A stretch of 64,000 nt of DNA from Octopus vulgaris (GCA_951406725.2 OX597817.1:108934001-108998000); one strand, 5' to 3'. Counted from the stretch's first letter, positions 27,251-42,247 are shown. Numbers and translations are program-made. Notes: a model not told the origin generated them from the letters alone.

Positions 27251-28778
27251 TATCTTGCATTTGGAAATTTGGTCTTTTTAACATTGCATCAAATAAAGAA
27301 CTGGTCAACAATAATTTTCAGCAAATTAATTATTCTGTATTTTGACGTTTAACCTTCAATTCTTTCGTTAATGTAAATGTTTTAAACCAATTTCTACAGT
27401 CTATAAAATATATTTTCAGTGAATATAGGATAATGAAAACATTTTCTACAAAATATGAAATAGCAAACATAAATACATTTAAACATGTAAATGGAGATTA
27501 TTTCTTCTCTCTAATTTAAAGACTATTCTTAATGTAAATTATGACCTAATATGCGCTCTTAGAGATTTACTACATAACATTTCCCAGAATAAGAATAATT
27601 TCAGTGCTAAATATTCCTGCTGATTTTGAAAGAAACGTGCTAGGGTAAGATCTTGTATAATTGACGAGATTATGTCTGACAGAGGTGGTGATGCTACTGG
27701 TGGTATTGATCCACAGTTTCCACAGAATAATGAAGAGCAAAGAAAGAGTGGTGGTCGGAGGTGTTGAAAAGAATAACGCAAAGAAAACGGGAGAAATAGG
27801 GAGAGAGATATTGTGACAGAACATTATGCATAAATGAGCTACTATGTGTAGCGTGCTAACGATCGGTCTCCATATTATTTAGGTTGCTACATTTGAGATG
27901 TCACCTAAAATGTTTGCGTAGCAGCGTTACGTTCATACATGTCTGATTCAAGATGGAGATGTATTTCCGAGAGAGTTGAAAGAAGGTGGAAGAAAAATGA
28001 AAGAAACGAAACGAATAAAAGAATAAAAGATAAACGGGAATAAAGAGAATATGAATAGAGTAGTATATAAAACAGGTAACGAAATATCATCAAAAATTGC
28101 ATGCAAAAAGTAGCATAATGACTCGACCATTCTGCCTCCGTGATGTATAGGTATCAGTGTCGATGAAAACTTAGGATTAGCTTGAAACTATATAAGCTAC
28201 AAAGGATACCATCGAAGTAATACGATAATACGTAAGCCTGTCAGCGACAAATGGGAGAAAATTACAATTAAATCACATCCTACCACCTTCAGAATAGAAT
28301 GGACGCATTGAATTATACAGTCATAAAGGTCAAATTGAAAGCTTTGAATAAAAACTGGACGGTAGTGATTGGGAGATTAATTACCATAGCCTGTATGATC
28401 AGTGCTGATCTAGATTTAAATATAAAAACATAAACAATTAACAAACAGGTTTTAGGAGTCGATGCTGATACAAGACATTTAAACAGTGCATTGACAGCTG
28501 GCCTTCAACATGAACAGGTCTTTTTTTGCTTACTATCTAAGGGTACTACAATTCTGAATTTATCAGTGGGCCCACATATTAATCGTGAGTCATTGACAAA
28601 GCGACCAATTAGGTACTTACAGCCTACACATGTCATAGGACAATTAAACTGTCAAGGGAAAGAGCTAAATTGGTAATTACCATCCCACCATGCATATAAT
28701 TTTAAATAAAATTATCTCATTTTCTCTTCCACACTCTCTCTCTCTCTCATTCTGTACATACATACATACATACATACA

Positions 28779-28865
<87 letters not shown>

Positions 28866-28868
<3 letters not shown>

Positions 28869-29151
28869 GCGGACTCTCCCATCGTTAGACGACGTATGTG
28901 GGTTCGGTAATTTCTTGCTGAACAACCACACAGATGATTTGCTTATAGTGATCAAATGTTTGTGTTCACATAAGCTCAGTACCTCCATCAAATCGACATT
29001 ACCTGTACAGGTGCATCATGTGTCTCATACTTGGTGAAGAAATGGTCGCAGACCAATGTGAAATGAAATGCTTTACTCAACAACACAACGCAACGCCCGG
29101 TCTGGGAATCGAACCCACGATCTCGCAATCGTGAATGCAATACTCTAACTA

Positions 29152-29155
<4 letters not shown>
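28866..29155 (-). mobile_element. SINE family C copy
   Basis: Minus-strand head ggtagttagagtattgcattcacgattgcgagatcgtgggttcgattccc with a clear B box. Confidence 0.85.
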
Positions 29156-29190
<35 letters not shown>

Positions 29191-29198
29191 ATAATGAA

Positions 29199-29240
<42 letters not shown>

Positions 29241-29379
29241 TTTGTATGTACGCATGTGTCTGTGTAAGTGTGCAGAATTTCCGACCATGGGGCTCAATTA
29301 CCCGATTAAGTGTATTATGTTGATCGTATTTTCCTTCTATATCCTCCTGACATGGTTTACAAGCGGGATTAGGATGACA

Positions 29380-29578
29380 TAGTGTGACAAGTCTGAAACT
29401 TTGAATTACATAGACAATCCATTCGACGAACTTTCACACAATTTCCTGTCAACCAAGATCCACTCATAAAGCATGGTCTACTCAGGTTCATACGAAATTA
29501 TCTGCCCAATATGATACGCTGTGCAATTGAACCTGGGATCTTGTTTGCAAAACGAATTTCTGAACTATCAGCAACAGA
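29380..29578 (-). mobile_element. Old SINE family A-related copy
   Basis: atccactcataaagcatggtc...gcccaatatgatacgctgtg..ttgaacc aligns to the family A head; a similar relic lies at about 58500-58690. Confidence 0.5.
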
Positions 29579-32500
29579 ACACCTACCTACCTACCCACCC
29601 ACCTACCTACCTACCTACCTACCTACCCATCTACATACCTACACACACACACACACACATACACACACGCTGATATGTGTCTTTGTGTGTGTGCATGGAA
29701 GCCTGTGCCTGCGTGTTTGTATGAATTCCTGCTGTCTGAACATAATTACACATTTATGCATACACGTGTACGTGATAAATCGTAGCTGATAGAGGTGCTA
29801 GATATCACAAGTAAACATTAAACACAAATAAAAAAAACAATAAATGAAGTTGGAGATTAAAAACAATAACATAAAGCAGTTCAATAAAACATTGAGCTAA
29901 TTTGCTGAGCCGCAAGGTTATTTTGTTATATTATTGTTATACACCGATATGAATAGGCCTTTTAAAATGGCATTTGTTTAAAATAACGATAAGATAATAC
30001 GCAATAAATTCAATCGATAAACATAATGCCAGATAGACTTTCGGTTGATCATAGAATTTTGAAATATACTTATTTGGAATATTATTATACTTTATGTCAG
30101 TGTATCAAATATCGATAAAGATTCTTCAGCAAAAACAGAGATATAAACTTTATAACCTACTTGATATTAGACATGTCAACAAAGGGGCTTCTATCGAGTG
30201 GGTCGAACAACCTGTTAAAAACAGCAGTTAAATATCTCTCAAACTCTACACTAGCGTTGAAAACCAGAAGGATATATTTGACTAATGTCATTAGACTAAT
30301 TCTCGCGATAAGAAAACATGATGGCCAAGCCTGTAATGCATCTAAACATAGGTCTGCTTGATCAGAATTAACTTGGAGCTAAATAGATAATACAAACACA
30401 AGGCATAGTATGTCTAGAATAGGGAGCAAACAACGCGTGCCTATGAGTGTATGGTTATATCGTGTAAGATTAAGAAGTTTACAGTCACCCTCTGTAAGTA
30501 AATGGGCCCTATGATTTAGCAACAGAACTCTCTGCAATATGGACACGGAAACAGTTCCGCAATTTTCGACTTGTAATTTTCCTTTTCATCGATATCCATA
30601 GTATCTGCTCTAACTTGTTTTACAGTCGGAGGAAGCAACTTACAACTACTTAAAATAAAGCTTTGAGTAACAGGCATTGATTTAAACAATTGATATACCA
30701 ATACAATGACAAAGCACCTATTTCTTTTATTTTCTCACAAGGCGTGCTATTCTAAGGCGACGGGATTACTTTGTACCATCAACGTCTGTGTTTCACTGCT
30801 GGTGCATTATTTTATCGAACGTAGAGGAACGATACACAAACTCAAAATGTTAACAACTAATGTGAAAGAGAAAAACGTAAGTTATGTTCTCCGATGTTTT
30901 AGCCCACCGCCTACAACATAAACAAAGTGAAATAATATATTATTTATGTCTATCACACATTCTACATTTTTCCACATACGATGTCTGGATACTTGAGCTA
31001 TTTGATTCTGTCAGCAAATATAGTAATATATTAGTATACATAGGTAAAATCAGAATATGTAACAGGGAGTGAATTTTTAAATAAATAACTTTAAGACGCT
31101 TCCTATCTTTCTAGTATGAGCAGAAATATATAAAATATATAATATTGCGAAGACTGAAATGGCCTCTCGAAAGTAGTCGAACTGATCTCGGGTTCATACC
31201 GCAGAGATAGTCCTGCGTTTTAACTATATGATCTATATGCACAGTGGGGCTGAATGTGTATTCATCAAACGTGAATTTATTGACATTTTATTAAGTGTCT
31301 TTGGTAAAAAAAAACAAACTAACAATTAAAATCAAGTACCAGAATCTATGTGAAACATTATGAGAAAATATATATATCATAGAATTTTTGGAAGTAGTTC
31401 TAAAACTTTCAGTTCTATCTTTATTAGCCAGAATCTCTCAATGCTTGTAACTGATATTACCAACTGAAACACCCTATCAGATTGTTCGTATCTGTCTACT
31501 AAATCAAATACACTTTTATTATCAAAATAATGCTAAAGTGTAAAGTGTTAAAACATCAAAGGTATCAGATGTTCAATGTACTTGTACAGAATCTTAACAG
31601 CCAATAAGCTACCATTCATGTTTATTCGAAGAATACGTTAGAAGCGCTTTTATCGAGTTGAGTACATTAAAGGGATTTTATAGGCTAGAATAACCATTTG
31701 TTATATAAACAAACACAAAACATCAGATCATATAGGTAGAGAAATGGGAAATCGTTATTTTCATGTCTTTAGCAACGGCATTTATATACGTAGAGGAATG
31801 AAGCAACTCTAATAGATAACCTAAACTAATTGCGATTCTCCAAAGACTTACCATTTGTTTTATAACAAGCACCTACAAATAGAAGTAAATTCAAGGTATG
31901 CTCTCAACATAGGATCTATGTTAGGCTACTTATTTTAATAGGGAAGTTATATAACAAAATGTAGCTAAAATTAAATGATACTGTTTTACATGTATGTGGT
32001 ATGTCTCTATCAATTTCGTATGTATGCGCTTATGTATGAGTATAACGTCGATGTACATGTGTTAATTTGTTTTTTATTTATTGGCAAGCGACTGGTTTTT
32101 AATTAAGAATACAAAGGTCACATCGTTCGAATTTATATTAGATAAAAACAGTAATGAAGAGTTATATTGTGTATCGCACTGCTCTTATTATACTTTGAAT
32201 CTAAAGAATTAAGTTGGCTACATCAATGTCTGAAAACCTGATTTATTAATAACGTGACCAAAATGATTTTAGAGTTGGGGGCGGTAAATGTAAAATCAAA
32301 AGTATCATACCCCTACATGTATGTGAACTTATCAACACTTCTGGTCAACTTATTTCATATCAATTAATGTTTCATACATCATAAAAAAGTAGGTTATAAA
32401 GTTGGAGATTCAAAAGATTTAATGCTTTTATTTTTGTTCAATAAAATTTAAAAGCCATCTTTTGCTCTTGGCTTGAACAAGATTTATGCTTTTAAAATTA

Positions 32501-32951
32501 GATCAGCATGTTTTACAAGTTCTTTGAGGTACATTTCTCCATCAGTTAGTGGATACGCCAGCATAAAATCTTTTCGGATTCAGGAACTTAATACTTTGCT
32601 CTCCACACACTTTGCTCTGAAAACTCAAAATTCTGTTAACATACATAATTTGAAGTCTGCCTAACCGGATGTTAACCCATTTCATTTTTGTTTCTAAATC
32701 CTCACAATACCTTTATACCTTTAGAAATTTTTGTTTATGTCAATATCTTAGAAATTTAAATATCTATGAAGCGATTTTCGTAAAGTTCAATCAATAACCT
32801 GAGCACTACAACACATGACACCTACATAGCATTGTCATTTTGTAAGAAGATTCCAGTTGTAATATCTTAAACGTTTTGTGTAATATACTGTCATTACCTT
32901 GACACCAGAAACTTTGTAAGGTAGATTTTCATCAATGCCTAGGTGTTCGTA

Positions 32952-32955
32952 GTAA

Positions 32956-33002
<47 letters not shown>
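32952..33002. repeat. (TAAA)n microsatellite
   Basis: Directly visible. Confidence 0.95.
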
Positions 33003-33937
33003 AAAGTAAGATACAGGATGCCACAGTCAATGTATTTGCTTTACTATCAATTTAATATATCTTTTCACTACAATCCATCTCTATATGTAAAATTAAAATA
33101 TTTGGAAATATAACCTCTGTGAGTATTCTTGTATTTTACTGGTGTAGAGAGAGTAGCGTATAACCACTGAAGTTTGGGAAGACAATCGAAGATGGGTTTA
33201 CTATCTGAATATTTAAAAACAAATACTGAAAACCTCCATAGAATATTCATTTCGAAGTAATTGTAATATCAGAGACAATAATAGTGCTTTCAGTTATAAG
33301 CGTGAAGATGGTTTATCAGATTGGCATACACCATTTAGTGAGGTGGTAACTAGGACAGAGAGCACTTTTTGTAAAAATGTAGTGATTCCATAAAATATGT
33401 GGAAAATAGAGTCAATGTACGATCGTAATTAAAAGTTGCACTTCCTTTTATTTAATTGTTTCAATTAGGAATTACAACGTCTGTCTGTTGACTCACTTTA
33501 CCACAAACATTCTCACTTATTTTGCTTTCAATCGGATTCAGTTATTCTAGCCATATGCAGTTAGTACTTCTGCAGGTATTACACATCATATGACAGCATG
33601 CACATCGCTTCATTAAGATGCAGTATCTGACAACCACAGCAGATTCAGCTGTTACAAGTACACACCTTTCGACAGGTTGTATACACATGATGTCTCGGTC
33701 AATTAACTTTGTAGCTGTTCTCGTATGAACAGATAGCATCATCAGCACGTTACATTACATGCCTTACACAGAATCTGAAATAAGGAACTAATTTTGCTGC
33801 GCAGTAATAAATACTTATTATGCCGTTGTTTGTGCCATTCATTTCTACGTGCTATATTTTGGAATACTATATTTGGATTTACCCTTTAATCAGGAATACT
33901 GATTCTTTACCAAACATATAGACTTAGCTATATACAG

Positions 33938-34075
33938 TGACGGCAATTTGGAGGAGAATGTTTTGCGGCATTTCGTCAGTCTTAACGTTCTCAGTTCAAA
34001 TTCCACCGAGGTCAACTTTGCCCTTCATTCTTTCGGAGTCAATATTATAAGTACCAGTGAAACCCTACTAGCCTT
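33938..34075 (+). mobile_element. Degenerate SINE family B
   Basis: cgttctcagttcaaattccaccgaggtcaactttgcccttcattctttcggagtcaat...aagtaccag. Confidence 0.75.
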
Positions 34076-34896
34076 GTAGTAAGGTTTAAAATATCTGTAA
34101 ATATTTCGGCGGCATGTCGACAGGTGTTGTCCATAAACAAATGTTGATTGCCCATGTTTTCAAAATGTCTCTAGCAACACAAAGATCACTTTTGACATAA
34201 TATTTTTTAAATTCTCGACTAATAATCAAAAGATTCTTTGAGAATTTGAAAACAGTCCACCCAAACTGCGAGTATAAGTTGTATATATTCCGCAGTAAGC
34301 TTAGACAGATTCCCTTTATTTCGAAGTGTTAGTACAGCGGTCGAATGTTTGCATTTTTATCGTTATCTTCTGCGGCATATTTTTACAGGATTTTAGCTGT
34401 CATTTTAAAAATCGATTGAAACTATAAGAATTAGAATAACAATTGCTGACAGTGATATGCAAAATATGTCTCTTATCGAACATATATGGGCGTGAAATGA
34501 TTTTGATAACAACTACTTTGCGCTTGTGCAGTTCCCCTACCCACACGCATAATAACGTTATGTGCAATAATGAGGACAGACAAGTTATATTTTCTGTAGG
34601 GGCAATAAAATTTGTTAAATTATTTATTCAAAATTTCGCGAACATTTAAACTCATAAATTTATATTTTATATCCTTCTCTCATAAATTTCTTTATCTCAG
34701 GCTTTATTTATGAATAAAATATATTTCATTCTGGGTGGGCTGAAAGGTAGATTTATCCTAAGATTATAAGAGATGTAATTTCGAGTCTCTCGCCTTCCAT
34801 TTTCAAGAAGCTGTTATTTATTATAAATTGCTAATGTTTCTTGATTTAACAGAAAATATCTGAATCCATTAGAAATAATACTGAAGCATATAGAAG

Positions 34897-34897
<1 letters not shown>

Positions 34898-34951
<54 letters not shown>

Positions 34952-35045
34952 CTATCTATCTATCTATCTATCTATCTACCTACCTACCTATGTATCTACC
35001 AACCTACTTACCTACCTACCTACCTACTTACCTAACTACCTATCT
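34898..35045. repeat. (TATC)n-(TACC)n microsatellite
   Basis: Directly visible. Confidence 0.95.
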
Positions 35046-36499
35046 AATAAGTGGATTTGACGTACCCAAATCAGTGTCATACCAAATAGTATAATCTTTA
35101 TTTTTCCCAATCCGCCAAACTATTGCCATTGATTTAAACTTTATACATGTATGGGGGGAACAGGGGCCAACTTTTCTCTTAGTTTCTTACTTTTAATCTA
35201 TGAATGATAAATAAGAAACTTACCGTAGCATTGCACTCGTAGAGGTATTTAGTTTCCACAAACAACAGTAGCTATTAAAGATCATTTTCTCGTCGCCACG
35301 CTTAAACAATACGATGCAAACATATAAACACAACTAAGACGTAGATCATTCTTTGTACAAAAATTACATTGTTTAAGTTACCGAATTTTGATATGCTAAC
35401 GAACATTATAGTAGGGGAAGCTCAACCACAGATCTCACCAATACAATAACGTTCAATAGTGACCTCTCTACGGTGACAAAGAGGATGGTTATGGTGCATT
35501 TACAACGCAGAAAGCTGTGGTCTATTTTTATAAACAAATAGCTTAAAGATGCCGTGTATTTTATATGCCATGTATTTTACATTATTTTATATGTAATTTA
35601 CGTTAAAATCCCCAGCAGTTCAGCAATAAAATTTCACAACATCCAGACGTGATAGTTTTAGTCATTCTATTTGAAACCATTCTACTGAACTTACATAGAA
35701 ACATATCCAGGTTCTCACTAACAAAAATCTATATTACATTAAGTAACTAGCATCGCTTTTTTTTGCCGAAAATCAAAACAAAGAGAATCCTGAGAATGTC
35801 TTAGAGTTATCTTCATGTGTTATGTCTCAAAGAACTTCTAAATTCAATCAAGCTCTTCCTGCACCACATAATTTGAAACTTTCCTAATATCATAGTTTTT
35901 TCTGGTTTCAGTATGACCTACATGGTAAATAGCGTCAGTTTAACGAATTCTTATTTAGATTTAAATTTCACCTGAAATCTTATGACTTGTATTTTATCCG
36001 TAGGTTAGTCTCTTTCGCTTAAATTCACTCTCCACATGAAATTTTCTATATTGTTTACACCACTTACTGTCTTGCATGCGACAATAATTTATATTTTGGG
36101 ATTACATCTTTGCCTATGCGATTACTTATTACTAACATTACTTAAACTTCAGCTTAGAGTGGTTTTCATGATATTGCAAAACCTAATCCAAGTAACCTGT
36201 CTGCTTTTCTCCTAACTCGTATAAGCTTCATCACTCTAAACAAATTATCCACTCATTCTGGTGACCTACATTGTAGGCCTTGTAATAAATTTTAAAAGCT
36301 ACAACCAGATTTCGATATTGGCTTTAGATACCATCTATGGTATTTGTATTTATTGATAATTAATCGCCTATACAACCTTCATTATTGCATAGTAAGTTTC
36401 TATGTTTTTCCCTTTGTTTCTCAGACCCATTCTTAAATTTAATGTAACTTGCCACGTTCGACGTTCTGAAAATTTTAAAAGTTTAAACCAATGACTTTC

Positions 36500-37620
36500 G
36501 TGTAAGTTTTTGTCCTTACTTCACTAAAGTTGTATAATCTCATTAGGAGGAGAGTTAAATTTTGTGAAAAATTCCTGATGTAGTTAAACTACTTACATTA
36601 TTAAGTTTTATTACCATCTGTACATAGTTCCAATTCTTTTTATTACTTAAAATCGTTTAAATGCCTTCCACACACTTGTATTTCCTTAAGTGTTCCACAC
36701 CTTTGTTTTTTTACTTTATATCTCAACTCTAAATTATTTTCTCTGTTCTCCCTTTTATAACATTGGTATTGTGTTTTGCTATTCCAATCCAAAATCCCAG
36801 CATCTTCACTATGTTTACCAAGCCAATAAATTTCTCGGTAATGTTTATTATACAGTGAAGAACATTTTCTCTGTATGAATAAACTTTTGTAATTATTTTT
36901 TTCAAATACAATTTCCAGTACTTCAATTCGTTTAAACTTTTCACTTCACTGTTAATAGTTCGAACGGTAAAGCTTAAATCTTTCAAAATCTAATTAATTT
37001 AGAACTTATTTTAATTCTACTTCTACTTGTTCTGGTGCCAAGTTGTTGCTTTCAAACCTTTATACTATCACTTAATTTACATATTGCCCAATTAAACTAT
37101 CTCTCAAGATTGTTTTCTATTTGAAATTTTAATCACTCTTTCTCACTTGAAACTTCGACAACCAGCTATATTTTCTTATGTAATCTACTTTTGCATTCTT
37201 GTTGGTGTAGGATACGATTGGCATGTTTTCGAAATAATTGCTTGATTTCAACTGAAGTAAGACTTCTTCCCTTATACCATTTGGCTACTGATTGTTGTGT
37301 GAAGTTTTCGTACCTATGATTTATTCGTATATTGATATGGCTTCCTGATTTCTCTTGATGTGTGCAACTGGTTTTCTTGTGAAGAATGTTGACTTTCATT
37401 AAAAGGTATGCAGTTTGTTTCTGCTCTGTTATGAAGCACTATCGATTTACAAATGTAGTTCAAAAATTGTTTGAATATGTTGTCATCGTCACTTTTTCTC
37501 TGAGCAGTAATAGAGTCGTGTTTGTTTTATGCTGATGTTTAATGGAATACAAAAATTTATTTTCCCATTCGAAGTTTGCCCACATCCAAGTTAACCAAAA
37601 CTTACTTCTATATAAATAGT
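36500..37620 (-). mobile_element. Decayed Penelope-like RT C-terminus and GIY-YIG remnant
   Basis: Fragments KVN.L, SVAK, IKISS, GNCI and EKFIGL occur in the expected order, with many stops and frameshifts. Confidence 0.35.
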
Positions 37621-37740
37621 TGCCGCGGCTCTATTAAAATATAACTCATCGATAAATATTGTAAAGTGTTAATTATTCATTACATCGTAAGCACTATCAC
37701 CCAAAATATGCTTGCTGCTGCGTTAAAAGAAGAAACTCAC

Positions 37741-37971
37741 ATTTTTCTTCTCAAAATCAAAATACTCAATGGAGATACAATTGAACAAATGACAGGAAGC
37801 ACACGTATATTTTCCGATGTATTTGATTGTAGTGTGACACATAAATTCACTCTTACTTGATAGTTGTCTATTAGAACAGCCAATCTTGAAGTATACCCAG
37901 TTTTGTGATCTGGGTACTATTGGTATTCCTAAAGGGTCAAACATAGATGGGGAATGCGTACAGCACTTTAC
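37741..37971 (-). CDS. Candidate phase 0-0 internal exon (77 codons, Cys-rich); product unknown
   Basis: tatag|VKCCTHSPSMFDPLG...YFDFEKKN|gtgagt; good donor, weak acceptor. Confidence 0.2.
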
Positions 37972-38994
37972 CTATATATTAGTACCTGCTGCCGCATTTT
38001 TCTTCCGAATTTGTGCGTGTGCTTTTTCTTTCTTTTTTTTTGTTTCATCATTGTATTCATATTCATGTATTGAGCAAAAAACAGGAAAGTAAGAAAGATA
38101 TTGTGAAAGAGAGGGAGAGAAGGGCAAAGATAGAAGAATCTTCCTGTAATAATCTAAAAGGTAAAATGGAAAGTGCAGAAAACAACATCATTCTGTTCTG
38201 CTGCCGAAATCCTTAAAAACAGTAACCATTGATAGGCAGGAATAAATATATGCAACATCCATTTCTAAAAGTACTTTCGTTCATGTTTAATTCATCACAT
38301 AATATTATGAAGATTTATCTCAATGTTGATTCATACGATGTCAGAAGTAATAATAGTTAATATTTATCTAATTGTAACAAGACGGATACTTTGCCATAGA
38401 AACCAGTAAAGAAGTTAAAATATGTAAAACAAAAACACAATTTTTAAAAATTCAAACGAAAAACTTCGATCTTATACGCTCGTGTAATTTGAGTGACTGT
38501 ATTCTGGATAATTACAGTTATTGCAATTCTGTTTCCATTCATCTGTCTATTACATGTAGTTGGCCATCCTACAAAACGGTAATATATTCAGAAAAAATAA
38601 GAAGTGCACAGTAATTTCAGCCAGTGTATATTCATAAATATCCGTTAAATGAGGATAAAATTATATTTTATATAATTTATGTTTTGTATTCAATACATTT
38701 CTAAAGTTAATATTTCTGAATATTTTCTATGTTATTTGCTAGAAAAGTTGAAATGGGAATTTTGTATTGGTTAGTGGAAATAAACATTATAATCTAATTT
38801 TGCCAAATGAAATTATATAAATATCTTAGGTGTTACATCACTGAAAGCGTGGAGTTAATATGCACTTTGAACCAACTCACATTGAAAGATTTATGCAGAA
38901 TTAAATCACTTTTTCTGTCTACACTATTTCTCTACACACTCCAAGGCGCTCATTGAAATATGTATGTGAGTGTATGTGTATGTGTGTAAACACA

Positions 38995-40370
38995 TACACC
39001 TTGTGGATTATTGGAAGACAGAAAACATTGTTGATAATGAACACTTCATGTTGGGAACAAAGAGATAAAATACGAAGGCCACTAAAGATCAATAACGCTG
39101 GGCGAGATCAGATGAAATTAACAGACACTCCCATCGAAATCTTCTTGCAGAATGATCTTAATAGACATCGTTCAGAGACAAGGTAGAACCTACCCTTTCC
39201 CTCTTCAGGAGAGTCTAAGCTGAACGGATAGGTATTGATGACTGTGATGCATTGGGCCTTAGAGTGAGTAAACTGCAGTCTTATAAGCTGATAAACTGCA
39301 GTTCGAGAGGAAATCCTGTCATCTTATCTGCAATTAATGTCTTCAAAGCGAAGGCCAATCTATGGGTTCTGTCGTTGTTATCGGGGATACCCTTCCCCTG
39401 TCATGTGCATTCTCTCTCTCTGTTCTGTTAGAGAGCCTTCTTTCGAGAAGCGCGTCTTACTAAAGACTGCATAGCATTTCAGCTCGGAGGCAATCACAGC
39501 TACACGTTCGATTAGGTCGATCTCAGTTTGCAAAATCAACTAACCAGTTTCTTGAAGCTTCGACTGAAATGAGAGAGATGATCTGCCAGGTACGTTTTCC
39601 TGACTGGGTAGAACGGGACACGCTTTCATTGGCTCATTTTTATTTGGCCGTTCCTCAGATTGAGGCAGTGTGCCTCCCTAAACAAGGTTACCGCCTAGAC
39701 ACAAGAGCAGGAGCGAAGAAACCTGTTCTCCTCAAGGGCAAGTATCAGAGAGCATCTTATTCTTGTCGTCACCGGACAATCTTCAATTTAGAGGCTTTAG
39801 CTTCATCTATGCTTGCTTTCGCCACTTGCTGCTCATCGCCAATAGACTTGAGAGAAAACAAAATGAGAGGAATCAAATGAAAAAGGCTGCGATGGATCGA
39901 AGTCAGAGCAGTGATGAGACTGGTGCACAAGACCCCACCGCGCAACTTAACTTATCCGCGACTACTCGAGTGGCAAGGAGGAGATGTAGGACGATTGGGA
40001 TCGGAGACAAGCTGAAACGAGCTGCTGCATACATGGTGAGTAGAGTTGCACCTTTACAGTCAGCACTTTTGGCGTTGGCCTGTAGTAACTAATAGCAGCA
40101 TAAGCACAATAATTGCCGCCGAATGTCGCACAGGTACAGAAGCTGTATAAACAAGTCAGCCAGAAGATCGTGAAACAGACGCTGTTCTGGATCTGACGAA
40201 GTAGGGAAGGTAAACCACATCTTAGTCAACATGCTTATTAACTCATAGCTGGTACCCTAAGAGAACCCTAAGAGGTACTCCAGGTTAGAGTAGACACCTG
40301 GGCAAACTAGTGGTTAAGAGGTGGCTCCACTACTCAAAACCATGAAACTCCCGTACCGGATGCAGTTCAA
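38995..40370 (-). mobile_element. RTE/BovB-clade LINE 5' fragment (5' region and decayed AP endonuclease)
   Basis: ERVAVIASELKCY, FSKTRFSKEGSLTE, TVINTYPFSLDSPEEGKGRFY, IILQEDFDG and GLRILSLCSQHEVFIINNVF match RTE APE motifs (ALSETR, SAYAPT, GDFN, ITNT). Confidence 0.8.
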
Positions 40371-40389
40371 AGTCATATATATGTCTATG

Positions 40390-40423
<34 letters not shown>

Positions 40424-40668
40424 GGGGGGGTGCGTGTGTGTCTGTATAAGTAAATGCAGTGATAAGCAAGTTACACAGGTCATTATATACAACCTTATAC
40501 AACCCTATACTACAATACCATATATACAACCTTTAGTAACCCCCTTCAACTAAGCCACCGAGTCCTCAGAAACAGCTGTTGGATTTGTGATACTTTTGTT
40601 CAACCCCTTTAATTCTCGATATCATTTCTATTCTCTGTAAGACGGAACTTTTCGTATGTTAAGAGATA

Positions 40669-40873
40669 CAGTAACCCCTTGACTACCGTGAGTATTACGT
40701 TCCAGAAACAGCCGTGATGGGTGAACATCCATAGAAACAGTAGAGTACTGTATATATTGTTTTTATTTTTATAATTTGTATACGTTTATTTTATTATAAA
40801 TGCAAGACAACACTGCGGAGGAATGGAGAGGTGCACCGTGATAGGTGAACCGCAATATGGCGAGGGATTACTG
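40669..40873 (+). mobile_element. Tigger/pogo-type MITE (205 bp, TA TSD)
   Basis: TA|cagtaaccccttg...gcgagggattactg|TA. Confidence 0.85.
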
Positions 40874-41054
40874 TATACATTTTTTGTATTTCATGTATTT
40901 AATATAATTTATATATTGACTTGTCTAACTTGCTTATCCCTATATTTACTTCTCTACTCGCTCAAGTTTAAATTTTTTGAGAACTACGCAGTGTATACTA
41001 TGGGGAGAATATCTGATTCTCATCTATGAAATATATATATATATATATATATAT

Positions 41055-41345
41055 GTTCTTATCGCTAATAAGCCATCGTTTTTAATTTGCTATTTACACT
41101 TTTACTGTTTTGAAAATCAGCACATATTTTCAAGTTTTCTTATAAGACTGACAGAGGTAGTTGAATTTAACCCGAGGCATTAAGAGTTGCGGAGAAGGAT
41201 TAAAATGGTCTACATCAAAATGCGAAATCGCGATCCGACTATGTATGCTGGGGACTTGCCTCCCTTCGTCAGACATTAAGTTTAGTGCTTTTGTTATTTA
41301 TTATTATTTTATTATTGCTAATAAGCCATCCTTTTAAATTTGTTT
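41055..41345 (-). mobile_element. Short (TA)n-flanked element with 26-bp terminal direct repeats and a hammerhead half-core
   Basis: 41064-41089 and 41317-41342 match at 24 of 26 positions; the minus strand reads CTGACGAAGGGAGG from 41272. Confidence 0.5.
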
Positions 41346-41351
41346 TATATA

Positions 41352-41426
<75 letters not shown>

Positions 41427-42001
41427 CGTATTTCAAAATAACAAATGATAAATGTATACAATTTATGAGTCCCGGAGATTGAATAAAGGATAGATAAATG
41501 TTGTGCAGTATACAATTTACCAATAAACGCATAACAAAAAGACTAAAATTAGGACACATTAGTATCTCAGTGAAGGGAATTTACTTCAACAAAATGTGTC
41601 ACCATTTTTTTTACTCATTAAAATGGCGCGCAGACTGCTGTATTCGATTTTGCAGCTTTATTTTTATGGCATTTTAATTTCATGTTGAGTCGATATTTTA
41701 TGAATTTCAACGTTGAATAAATTGATTTATTTACTACATTTTTTTTCTTTTTAAAAATTTTAGATGTCACCAAATTCATAACCTGTAATTTTCCATTTTG
41801 CAGCATAATTCTTAAAGACCTTCACACTTTTAATGTCAGGTGTAAAATAATTTTTAACCATAAAATCCACCAATACATATAACATAAAATAGCCAGATTT
41901 AACCTACAAAGGTTCACCTGCATCAACGCATTAGGAATTAGCCAAGTGGTAGTGAACTCTCTTATTCAGTTTAACTGAGCGTAATATTTAAAAGTATGAC
42001 T

Positions 42002-42198
42002 AAGCCGGTGAGCTGGCAGAATCGTTAGCACGCCGGGCGAAATGCTTAGCTTAATGCTTATCTGTATTTCATCTGTTTATACATTCTGAGTTAAAATTCC
42101 ATCGAAGTCGACTTTGCCTGTCGGGGTCGTTCTAAGCTACTGGTCCCCTCCCCACCAAACTTATTTCGTACCTTGTACCTAGAGTAGAAAAGAATATT
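42002..42198 (+). mobile_element. SINE family B copy (internally deleted)
   Basis: aagccggtgagctggcagaatcgttagcacgccgggcgaaatgcttagc...agagtagaaaagaata. Confidence 0.85.
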
Positions 42199-42247
42199 TA
42201 AATGTATGATTTTGAAAAGAAACTCTGAAAGGAAAGTTGCAATACCT

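Noticed and set aside
29090-29155. tRNA gene
   Set aside because: The tRNA-like boxes are SINE heads continuous with SINE bodies; no full cloverleaf is seen.
39569-40092. Two plus-strand ORFs of about 100 aa in a GC-richer patch
   Set aside because: They are antisense to the RTE LINE 5' region.
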